Of a stretch of DNA of 64,000 nt, positions 1 through 8,785 are shown in pieces. Below the pieces are notes generated by a model. The model worked only from the letters and a program-made list of their open reading frames with translations. It was not told where the DNA came from and searched no databases. Source of the stretch: Chthoniobacteraceae bacterium (lineage in GTDB: Bacteria > Verrucomicrobiota > Verrucomicrobiia > Chthoniobacterales > Chthoniobacteraceae); contig JANNWY010000195.1 of NCBI GenBank assembly GCA_031409335.1, positions 47,767-111,766 of the forward strand, given 5' to 3'. Every line of letters begins with the position of its first letter. Within the stretch, counting starts at the first letter, position 1. The position numbers and the translations under genes are program-made.

Positions 1-1458
1 GGGACCGCCCGATTGCGGGTCGCGAGTGCTGGCATTGATCCCCGTCAAACCCGAGGCACCCGCGCCGGAGATCCGCATGCTTCCAGCAGTGATGTCGATG
101 CTGCCGCCCGCACCTGGGCTGAATGTCGCCGCAGTGATGAGGCCACCGCCAGTGATCGTGAGCGCGTCGCGTACGCGCAGCACGATGTTGCCGCCGCGCC
201 CGTTGAGGCCGGGTTGCGACTCGGTGCTAATCGCGGTGAAGGACGGCAGGCCCTCACCGGCGATGCTCACGCTTTGCGCCGCGATCCCGATGTTCCCTCC
301 CGCACCGCCGCCGCCGAAAGTGTCCGAACTAATCTTCCCGCCACCGCTGATCGAGAGAGATCCTGCAATGTCCAACTGCACGTTGCCGGCGCTAGCGCCG
401 CTAGAGGTGTCGGCGGCGATGCCGGTTTGCGGAGCCCCTTGACCAATAATCGCGACCCGACCGGCTTTGACGAGGATGCTACCACCCGCCCCGGCATCCC
501 CTGCAACGGTTTGAATGAGACTCCCCGTTTGGATGTTAAGTTCGCCAGTCACGTCGAGGCGGATACTCGCGGCACCGGTGCCGGAAGAAGTTGTGCTGAT
601 TCCCGACCCCAGCCCACTGATCGAAATGCTGTCCGCGGATAGATGGAGGTCGCCGCCGCCAGAGGCGGACGCGTTGATAGAGCTGACATCCCGCAGGGTT
701 AAAGCACCGCGAACTTTCACGTCCGCGCCGTGGACGGGCCGACTCGCGGTGACTTCGATTTTCGAGCCTTCCATCGTCAGTCGTCCCCCGCGAATCACAA
801 CCCCAGTGGCGTTCAGAGACGCCCCGTTTTTCATCCGAACATCGCCGCCGACCAGCGACCATTTTCCGAGGGGTGTCGGCAGTCCGGTGTCCGGGTCGGG
901 CGGACCCTGCAACTGGCTGCCATCGACCGTGATCGGCCCGGCTCCCTTGCCAAGAAAACCGAACGCCGCCGGGGCCGCGCTCGTGAGCAGCGCGTCCGAG
1001 GGATCGCTGCGTTGCGCTTTGAAATGGCGACCGTCTTCGAGCGTGATGCGGTCGCCCGTGCTCACGGCGAATGAGCCGGTGACATCGACCGAAGCGCTCG
1101 GTCCGAAGACGACGCCTTTCGGATTCAGGAAGTAAAAATTCGCCCCGGCGATTTCGGATTTCAGCATTCCGTCGATCGTCGAAATGTTTCCGCCGGTGAC
1201 GCGCGAGAGGATGTTCGTCACGTCCGCCGGCCCGGAGAAAGTGGCCGACTGGGTTTGGGCGAGGCTGAATTCGCTGAAGCTGTGGAACAGATTTCCGCCG
1301 ACCTTTTTTCCAAGGCTCGCGGGAATCGCAAAGGCTGGGCCGGGCAGCGCCCCGGCTGCGCCGAAACTGCCGTCGGTGGCGACCTGCGCGCGGCTTGCGG
1401 ACGGGAGGCCGACTGCGAGCAGTAGCAACCATCGGTAGCGAAAATTCACGTAATTCAT
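1..1458 (-). CDS. Filamentous haemagglutinin (TpsA-like) N-terminal secretion-domain protein, runs off the left edge
   Basis: Absent from the ORF track because it has no stop in the window. Manual translation from ATG 1458 gives MNYVNFRYRWLLLLAVGLPSASRAQVATDGS...GGNLFHSFSEF...NILSRVTGGNISTIDG...ANFYFLNPKGVVFGPSASVDVTGSF: signal peptide plus haemagglutination-activity domain motifs. Confidence 0.88.
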   Translation of the reverse strand, partial: MNYVNFRYRWLLLLAVGLPSASRAQVATDGSFGAAGALPGPAFAIPASLGKKVGGNLFHSFSEFSLAQTQSATFSGPADVTNILSRVTGGNISTIDGMLKSEIAGANFYFLNPKGVVFGPSASVDVTGSFAVSTGDRITLEDGRHFKAQRSDPSDALLTSAAPAAFGFLGKGAGPITVDGSQLQGPPDPDTGLPTPLGKWSLVGGDVRMKNGASLNATGVVIRGGRLTMEGSKIEVTASRPVHGADVKVRGALTLRDVSSINASASGGGDLHLSADSISISGLGSGISTTSSGTGAASIRLDVTGELNIQTGSLIQTVAGDAGAGGSILVKAGRVAIIGQGAPQTGIAADTSSGASAGNVQLDIAGSLSISGGGKISSDTFGGGGAGGNIGIAAQSVSIAGEGLPSFTAISTESQPGLNGRGGNIVLRVRDALTITGGGLITAATFSPGAGGSIDITAGSMRISGAGASGLTGINASTRDPQSGGP

Positions 1459-1498
1459 GGTGTCGGGATCGAGGAATTTTCAGCCGGTTCCGATCTCC

Positions 1499-4400
1499 TC
1501 ATGTAAGCGGCTCCCGCTTCCCACGCCGCAGAAGACTCAGCGCTCCGAGCAACAGCAGGCTCAACGAACCGGGCTCCGGCACCGCTGGGCCGGCGGGGAG
1601 CAAGACACCTTCGCCGCTCAGGAAGTCCTCCGGCAAATCAAGCACCCCAGCGTTGTTCATATCGCCGCCGCCGTCGTCCGCGGGTGAAGGTCCCGCAGCG
1701 ACCAACGTGGCCACTGCGCCGACACCGATATTGAGCGCGGTCAGAGTCTGGCTGGCTCCGAAGTTGGTCACTGCACTGACGTTCACCGTCGAGTTGGTGG
1801 CGTTGGCGTTGAGGTTCAAAATGCCGCCGGTGTTGTTGATCGTCGCGCCCGGCAGCGAAGACGTAAGCGTGGTCGTGCCCGCCAGCGTCTGGAGCGTGGC
1901 ATAGCTCTGCGCCCCGCTGATGGTGACGGCACCCGCACCTTGCTTCACCACCGTGCCCGCGCCAGAGATGTCGCGGTTCATATTCCAAGTCCCATCGAGC
2001 CCGAGCGTCGCGCCCGCGGCGATCGAGACCGAAGTGGTCGCGGCGAGCGTGCCGGTCGCGCCGGAGAGGTTGAAGGTGAGCTTGCCAGCGCTGATCGTCG
2101 CCGTTCCAAAAGCGTGCGGTGCTGCGGCCACGTTACGAATTTCCTGCGTGCCGAGACCAGTCTTCACCAGATTCAAGGGGCCACCGACTCGCGTGCGGAT
2201 CAGGCCATTAAAGATGAAGTTGCTCGTGTTGTTGATCGTCAGCGTAGCCGTCGGGGGAGCGCCGCTTTCCTGATTCTGAATGATCGAGAGCGTGTCGTCG
2301 GCGTCGGATTGAATCCCCGCGACCGTCTGGTTAAAACCACGCAACTCGAACTTGTTGTCGCGGCTCGGACCGTTGTTGAAGGTGACCACCGAAGTCGGAC
2401 CAAATTGGTTCGGGGCACCCATAATCAGGAAGATTCCGGCCTGCACGCCGGTCCCGAGCGTCACGTTTCCCGGCAGCGCGGTGCCGCCTGCGGAGCCCAG
2501 CACGAGATTGCCCTGCGAAAGCGTCGTCGTGCCGGTGAAAGTGTTGACGCCGGTGAGCGTCAGCGTGCCCGTCCCAGCCTTGGTGAGCCCACCGATGCCG
2601 GCGATCTGGCCGCCCAACGTCAGCGCGGTGGTGGTCGAGATCGTGCCCGCTCCGGTGAGGGTGAGCGCCCGGTTGGTGCTGCCGCTTGCGCCGGTGAATT
2701 GAAGCGTACCGCCGTTGAAGGTGATGTTGCTCCCCGCTCCGAGTGCGCTGGGCGAGCCGCCGTCTGCGATCGTCGGAATGCTGAGCGTGCCGAAGTTCAG
2801 GGTCATCGGCCCGGTGAAGCTGTTGGTCGTGCTGAGCGTGACGGTCCCGGTGCCGTCTTTGGTAAAGGGCAGGAATCCGGCGATCCCGTTCGATCCGGTG
2901 ACGGTGTAGTTCTTCGTCGTGTTGTTGAAGCGGATCAGCGCGGGGGTCACGTCCGCGCCGTTGATCGCCACCGCGGTGGTGGTCGCGAAGTCGCTGAAGA
3001 GCACGCTGTCGCTGGTGAGGAAGTCGGTCGTGATCCCGTTGTTCGAGGCAAGCACCCAGTTCTTCGGCGGCCCGAGCACAGCGGTGCTCCACGCGCTGCC
3101 CAGCGCGCCGCTCCAGACGGGCGAGTCCACGGCGGTGACGTTGAGATCGATCGAAGTGTTGCCGGCGTTGTTCACCAGCGCCGCTGCGGTCCGCGGAGGA
3201 AGCGTTCCGAGGAGGAATCCGCCAAAGCCCCCGCCGCCAATGGCCCCCGTGTAGTCGATCAAGACCTGCAGGCCGAGCGCGAGCGTGCTGCCGCTCAGGT
3301 TCAATCTCACGGAGTTCGCCCCGCCGTTGGCCGCGAGACCGCCCATCGTGGTAACATTCAACCGCGAAAGCACAGAGCCGGTCGAGGCGAGGGCGACATT
3401 TGAAGGAGAGGCTGCGGCTCCGCCAAAGCTCAGCGTGCCCACGGTCAGAGTTCCCGCGCCGATGTCGCCTACACGCACGATGCTTGACGCCGCCGCGGAC
3501 AATGTGCCGTTGATGGTTCCGGTACCCGCGACGGTGCCACCGACGATGACGGTCGTGAGGCTTCCCGCACCGACAGAACCGTTCACGAGAAAAGTGCCAC
3601 CGTTCACATTGATCGCGCTGTTGTTCGGAAGCGATCCGCTGAGCACGAGCGTGCCCGCGTTGACCGTGGTCGCGCCCGTGTAGGTGTTCGCGCCGGAGAG
3701 CGTCATCGTGCCCGTCCCGGCTTTCGTGACTCCGCCCGCGGCACCGCCATAGGTCACATTGGTTAGTGCAGACGAGACGAGCAGGTCGGTCGCCGCACTG
3801 CCGTCCGCCACCGTGAAGACGATCGGGCTCTGCAAGCCGAAGCTTGGAGCGTTGATCGTGGAGGTCGTTACCGAAGCGTTGGTCGTCACGGTCGATCCCG
3901 AGTTGATCGAATACACGCCGCTCGATCCATCGCCCGTGTTTCCCCCGGCAGAGGTCACGGTGCCACCCGTGAGGTTGAGACTCGGCACGGTCGTGCGGAA
4001 GTTGCCCGCTCCACCAGTGGTAACGGTGCCCCCAAGTACGTTGATGACCGAAGGCGCGCCGCCGAAAAATCCAAACGAATCCCCGATGTCCGACCGGAGC
4101 GTCGTGCTGGCGTTGACGGTCACTGCGCCTTGGCCCAGCCGACCGGTCTGGTCTCCGCCGCCGGCAGCCGCCAAGGTGCCGACCATGATGTTCACGCCTC
4201 CGGTAAACGTGTTCATACCGGCGAGTGTGAGCGTGCCGGCACCGGCTTTGACGAGGTTGGCCGCGTTGCCGGTGAAGCCGTCTTCGACCGTGCCGGACAC
4301 AGTGAGCGTTCCGCCTGTGGCAACGGTGAAGTTGCGGGCCGCACCCGGCGACGACACGGCGAGGTTCACGCGGGCGGCGATCGTTGAGTTCGTCGAGGCA

Positions 4401-7400
4401 TCGGCGGTGACATGGCCGAAAAGCCCCAGAAATCCACTTGCTGACCCGATGACGTTTCCGCCGTTGACGGCCAGCCCGCCAACGGTCTCGCTTTGCCCGT
4501 TGAGGTCGAGCGTGCCGCCGTTGAGCGTTACGACAGCAGCATCGTTAATCTGGCTGCTCGCCGAGAGCCGCACGGTCGCACTGCTGCTGACCGTCAAAGC
4601 TCCGCTGATCGCCCCGCCGAAATTATTCGCGCCCCCCCCTTGCGGCTTGTTGAGCACGAGCGTGCCCGCGTTGACCGTGGTTGCGCCGGTGTAGGTGTTG
4701 TCGGCCGTGCCAGCGATCGTGACGGTGCCCGTGCCCAGCTTCATCACCGACCCCGCGCCGGTGATAGGGCGGTTCATCGTCCATGTGCCGTCAAGTCCGA
4801 GTTGCCCGCCAGCATTGACGAAAATCGTCGTGCCCGCGCCGAGCGAGCCGGTCACCCCGGAGAGGTTGAAAGTGAGCTTGCCGGCGTTGATCGTGGCCGT
4901 GCCAAAGTTGAGGGTGTCGGCGAAAGTGTTGCGGATTTCCTGCGTGCCGGAACCGTTTTTCACGAGGTTCAGGGCCGCGCCACCGCCGCCCGAGAACGAG
5001 CGAATGATGCCGTTGAAAATGTGGTCGCCCGTGTTGTTGATGGTCAGCGTGGCCAGCGTGGGATTGCCGTTTTCCTCGTTCTGAATGATCGAAGCGACAT
5101 CGTCCGCGTCGGAACTCAGGCCCGCGACGGTTTGATTCGAGCCAAGCAACTCGAACTTCGCCGCGGCGTTCCCGTGATTGAAAGTCAGCACCGAGGTCGG
5201 GCCGAACTGATTGGCTGCGCCCATGCGCAAAAAGGCATTGTCCCCCAAGCTCGACCCGAGCGTGACGTTGCCCGGCAGCGCACTGCCGCCAGGGGAAGAC
5301 GCCATGAGCGAGCGCGTCAGGATCAGCGTCGGGCCGGTGTAGCTGTTCACCCCGGTGAGCACGAGCGTGCCAGCGCCCGTCTTGATCAGCGAGCCGCTCC
5401 CGGAGATCGCACCCGTAAGCGTCAGCGTATTACTGATCGAGGGAATCGCCACCGTGCCATCTCCAGTGAGCGTGACCACCCGGTTCGTGGTGCCGCTCGC
5501 GCCGGTGAATTCGAGCGTGCCGCCATTGAAAACAAGGCTGCTTCCATCACCGAGCGGACTGGCCGTGCCGTTGTTCGCCACGGTCGGCACAGCCACGGTC
5601 CCGCTGTTCAACGTCATCGCGCCCGTGAAGGTATTCGCCCCGCTCATGGTCAAAATGCCGGTGCCGGTTTTCGTCAGGCCGAACGCGCCGCCGGATTCCT
5701 GCACGATCGTGGAGATATTGAGCTGGCTGCTCCCTTCGACACGGATTTCGCCACTCGTTTTCAAGCTCAAGGCCAGCGTCCGCCCACCGGCACCCGTGCC
5801 GGCGATGGTGGAAACCACGTTGGCATTCGTCTTGATGAGCGGAATGCCCGTGCCTCGTCCGCCATTGAGGCTCAAGATCATGTTGGTCGTGCCGCTCGCG
5901 TTCGTCAGCGTGGTGTTTGCCGTGCCCGTGAAGGAAATATCCTGGACTTCCGTGCTGCCGCCGAGGCTCGCGCCGTTGATGTCGATCGTCCCGGTCGCTG
6001 CGATCACCGCATTATCCGTGATCGCGGGAATGCCCGGCGTGAACCAGTTCCCGCCCGTCGCCCACGGTCCATTGTTCACGTTCAGCACTTTCGGAGAGAT
6101 CACCCGGAATTCCGCGGCAAACCCACCGACCAGACCCGCCCCAAAGTTGATCGAAGTCGGGACCATTTTATTCAAGGTCACCCCGAAGCCGTCCGGCACC
6201 CTTGCACCGTTGAGCGTGGCGACCACCGCCGCGCCTTGCAGAAATGGCGTCGAGTCCACTGCAGTGAAAAAGCCGCCCAGGAAAGTGAGGCCGTTCGATA
6301 GGCTGCCGAGTTGGAAGTCGAAAGCGATGCGGCTCGTCGCGCAAAGCGGCACGGCAAAAGGAGTGGTAGGATCGGTCAGGCGCAGCAGATCATTGCTCGG
6401 ATCGTAGAGCGCGCCGGTATGACCGACATCGAATCGAAAATCGGTTTCCTGCGTGGCATTGAGGGACACCGCCGTCAGGATGCCCGTGCCGAGCCCCGGC
6501 AGGGCGGTATTCCCGCCGGGCGAAACCGTCCCTCCGCCAGAGATCACGCTGACACTTCCCGTGCCTCCGAGCGTTGCCTCGGGCAAAAGCGCGATCGGCG
6601 AGCTGACGCTGCCCGTGACGAGCAACTTGCCATCGTTCACGATCGTGGGGCCGGTGTAGGCGTTCGTGCCGCTTAGCGTCAGGGTGCCCTGGCCAGATTT
6701 CGTCAAGCCACCGGTGGACGAACTCAGGATGGAAGAGCTGATCGTCAAGTCATCGGTTGGCAGGTCGGTGCGGACGATCAATTCCGTGGAACCGCCGGTC
6801 GTGATGCCGGACCCCGCTCCGCCAAAGATCGTCGAGGCCCCGCCCGCCTTGAGCAGCCCGCCTTCGGTCAGCGTCAGAGTCGCCCCGGCGGTGAGTCCGA
6901 AGGTCGTGTTGCCGCCGAGCCGCAAGGTCCGCCACGAGGTGGAATTGAACACCGGAACAAACGCGAAATTCAGATTCACATGATTGCCGGGCGTCAGGGA
7001 ATTCGTCGCCACGGTATTCGCGTCCGTGCCGTAACTGAGCGCGCGCACAAAGCCGCCGGCATCGCGCGCGGCAAAGTTCGCGCCGTCGGCGAAAAGGCGC
7101 GGGCTCAGGATGCGGTTGACCGTGCCTGGGACGAAAATCTCTGCCCCGTTCAAGCCCGGGACGAAGTTTCCCGTCGCCCCCGCAGACGCGGAAAGGCTGG
7201 TGAAGGAAAGTCCGCTTTCCGTGGTGCCCATGCCGGGACTCGTGGTCAGGGTGGAGCGCACGTTCCCGTCGCCGGCCGTGAAAGCGAGCGCGCCATACGG
7301 CAGACGCAAGACGGCGTCGAAAGGCGTTTGGTTTTCCGCGCGATATTCAAACGCGCCGTTGCCCGCGAGCGTGACGTTCGTACTCGGAGGCGCGTTGAGA

Positions 7401-8506
7401 TAGGCGTCAAGCAGCGCGAAATCGCCCGCGTCCACGAGCACCGCCTCGGTTTGGACCGTGCCGCCTTTGACCGTGACCATCCCCAGAACCGCCCCCACGC
7501 TGGGCCCTGCGATCGTGGCGAGAGTGCCCAGGGTCAGCGCGCCGCGCCCGAGTTTTTGAAAGCTGCCGTTGATCGGGATGTTGACCGTCGCGCTGTTTGC
7601 GCCCGTATCGATCGTCGGGACCGAGGAGGCCGGACGGCTCAGCGTCAACACCGTTCCCGCTCCGATCTCCAGCGCGTAGCCCGAAGAGTCGAACTGCAAT
7701 CCGCCGGCCGAAATGTCCGCGCCAAGCGTCACGATTCCCCCGTTTCCACCGAAGACGGCGATGTCATGCACGTTCACGGTATTGCTCCAGGCAACATCCG
7801 TGCCCACGATTCCCCCCGGCAAATTGTCGAACCGCGCCAAGGTCGTATTCCAAGTCCCCGTGCCTCCGAGCGTCCCATTGTTAAACGCGCCATCGCCATC
7901 CCAAATCATCGGCGAAACGCCGGGTGTGGCGCTGCGGCTCGTCGCGGCGATCTCCGCGGCGGAGAAGCGCGTGCGTGCATTGGGGAACACCGAGTCCCTG
8001 CTCACCAGATAATCGTTGCCGGTGGCGTAGGCGGTGAACTTGATCTCACTGAGATTCTTATCGCTCCCTGCCAGGATCTGATTGCCTGGAGCGGAGCCCG
8101 TTCCCTCGAAAATCACCTCGAAAATATCCACGTCGCCCGGAGTGAATGTCCCGGCGCTCCCGCTGATTTGAAAGGTGTTGCCAACGAGTTCGATTACATA
8201 TCCGGCCGAAAGGAACGGCTCGCGGATGTTAGACATGATGTTCGATAGATTGATCTCGGCGTCATCGACCTGAAAGTGGAGTTGAAACGCTTCCACCTCG
8301 GGTGGATCGACCCGCATCACCCACGTAGCGGTACCCGTGGAGTACGAAAGCGACATCGTCGTCTTCGTGCCGCCGGTCGCGGTCGCGGCGTGGCCGCAAT
8401 CTGGAGCGAGCACGATCAGCCCCATGCAGACAAGCAGCGGGGGGAGGATGGGACGCGCAAGGATCGGCTGGCGAACCAGCCCGGGGGAGGGAGGATTTTT
8501 ACACAT
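1499..8506 (-). CDS. Large PEP-CTERM surface protein with many autotransporter-associated beta-strand repeats
   Basis: ORF 1499..8554 (2351 aa). Recurrent LTKxGxGTLxLxGxNT(Y/F)TGxT repeats and C-terminal VPEPGSLSLLLLGALSLLRRGK. Start is uncertain (8554, 8506 or 8425); 8506 chosen because of the upstream -35 position. Confidence 0.9.
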   Translation of the reverse strand: MCKNPPSPGLVRQPILARPILPPLLVCMGLIVLAPDCGHAATATGGTKTTMSLSYSTGTATWVMRVDPPEVEAFQLHFQVDDAEINLSNIMSNIREPFLSAGYVIELVGNTFQISGSAGTFTPGDVDIFEVIFEGTGSAPGNQILAGSDKNLSEIKFTAYATGNDYLVSRDSVFPNARTRFSAAEIAATSRSATPGVSPMIWDGDGAFNNGTLGGTGTWNTTLARFDNLPGGIVGTDVAWSNTVNVHDIAVFGGNGGIVTLGADISAGGLQFDSSGYALEIGAGTVLTLSRPASSVPTIDTGANSATVNIPINGSFQKLGRGALTLGTLATIAGPSVGAVLGMVTVKGGTVQTEAVLVDAGDFALLDAYLNAPPSTNVTLAGNGAFEYRAENQTPFDAVLRLPYGALAFTAGDGNVRSTLTTSPGMGTTESGLSFTSLSASAGATGNFVPGLNGAEIFVPGTVNRILSPRLFADGANFAARDAGGFVRALSYGTDANTVATNSLTPGNHVNLNFAFVPVFNSTSWRTLRLGGNTTFGLTAGATLTLTEGGLLKAGGASTIFGGAGSGITTGGSTELIVRTDLPTDDLTISSSILSSSTGGLTKSGQGTLTLSGTNAYTGPTIVNDGKLLVTGSVSSPIALLPEATLGGTGSVSVISGGGTVSPGGNTALPGLGTGILTAVSLNATQETDFRFDVGHTGALYDPSNDLLRLTDPTTPFAVPLCATSRIAFDFQLGSLSNGLTFLGGFFTAVDSTPFLQGAAVVATLNGARVPDGFGVTLNKMVPTSINFGAGLVGGFAAEFRVISPKVLNVNNGPWATGGNWFTPGIPAITDNAVIAATGTIDINGASLGGSTEVQDISFTGTANTTLTNASGTTNMILSLNGGRGTGIPLIKTNANVVSTIAGTGAGGRTLALSLKTSGEIRVEGSSQLNISTIVQESGGAFGLTKTGTGILTMSGANTFTGAMTLNSGTVAVPTVANNGTASPLGDGSSLVFNGGTLEFTGASGTTNRVVTLTGDGTVAIPSISNTLTLTGAISGSGSLIKTGAGTLVLTGVNSYTGPTLILTRSLMASSPGGSALPGNVTLGSSLGDNAFLRMGAANQFGPTSVLTFNHGNAAAKFELLGSNQTVAGLSSDADDVASIIQNEENGNPTLATLTINNTGDHIFNGIIRSFSGGGGAALNLVKNGSGTQEIRNTFADTLNFGTATINAGKLTFNLSGVTGSLGAGTTIFVNAGGQLGLDGTWTMNRPITGAGSVMKLGTGTVTIAGTADNTYTGATTVNAGTLVLNKPQGGGANNFGGAISGALTVSSSATVRLSASSQINDAAVVTLNGGTLDLNGQSETVGGLAVNGGNVIGSASGFLGLFGHVTADASTNSTIAARVNLAVSSPGAARNFTVATGGTLTVSGTVEDGFTGNAANLVKAGAGTLTLAGMNTFTGGVNIMVGTLAAAGGGDQTGRLGQGAVTVNASTTLRSDIGDSFGFFGGAPSVINVLGGTVTTGGAGNFRTTVPSLNLTGGTVTSAGGNTGDGSSGVYSINSGSTVTTNASVTTSTINAPSFGLQSPIVFTVADGSAATDLLVSSALTNVTYGGAAGGVTKAGTGTMTLSGANTYTGATTVNAGTLVLSGSLPNNSAINVNGGTFLVNGSVGAGSLTTVIVGGTVAGTGTINGTLSAAASSIVRVGDIGAGTLTVGTLSFGGAAASPSNVALASTGSVLSRLNVTTMGGLAANGGANSVRLNLSGSTLALGLQVLIDYTGAIGGGGFGGFLLGTLPPRTAAALVNNAGNTSIDLNVTAVDSPVWSGALGSAWSTAVLGPPKNWVLASNNGITTDFLTSDSVLFSDFATTTAVAINGADVTPALIRFNNTTKNYTVTGSNGIAGFLPFTKDGTGTVTLSTTNSFTGPMTLNFGTLSIPTIADGGSPSALGAGSNITFNGGTLQFTGASGSTNRALTLTGAGTISTTTALTLGGQIAGIGGLTKAGTGTLTLTGVNTFTGTTTLSQGNLVLGSAGGTALPGNVTLGTGVQAGIFLIMGAPNQFGPTSVVTFNNGPSRDNKFELRGFNQTVAGIQSDADDTLSIIQNQESGAPPTATLTINNTSNFIFNGLIRTRVGGPLNLVKTGLGTQEIRNVAAAPHAFGTATISAGKLTFNLSGATGTLAATTSVSIAAGATLGLDGTWNMNRDISGAGTVVKQGAGAVTISGAQSYATLQTLAGTTTLTSSLPGATINNTGGILNLNANATNSTVNVSAVTNFGASQTLTALNIGVGAVATLVAAGPSPADDGGGDMNNAGVLDLPEDFLSGEGVLLPAGPAVPEPGSLSLLLLGALSLLRRGKREPLT

Positions 8507-8557
8507 AGCTTTATCGACCGCCTCGCCTTTCGTCACGAAAGACGAATTACACATGGG

Positions 8558-8586
8558 ATTGCGACCACTTCGCTACGAATTGTCAA
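8558..8586 (-). promoter_or_regulatory. Possible sigma70-type promoter (TTGACA-N17-CGCAAT)
   Basis: Perfect TTGACA on minus at 8586..8581 with a weak -10. The paralogous gene also has a perfect TTGACA (11377..11372) 75 nt before its likely start. Confidence 0.35.
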
Positions 8587-8785
8587 TCACGGAATTCGCA
8601 TATTTTCAGCAGCTCACTCACAAACAACGGACGTGTTTGCGAAGATGCCGCGCGCTGGTCTCCCGAAACGAATTGTGGCGGCTGGATTTGCCGGATTTCG
8701 GACGCGCCGCCTCCGCTCGGGCGGGTGTTTTCCAATCGATCAACTCAATCGCCCCCTTCGGCAAGCTCAGGGCCTTCGGCAAATC

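Noticed and set aside
1499..8554. Classical type Va autotransporter
   Set aside because: No C-terminal beta-barrel; the protein ends in a PEP-CTERM signal.
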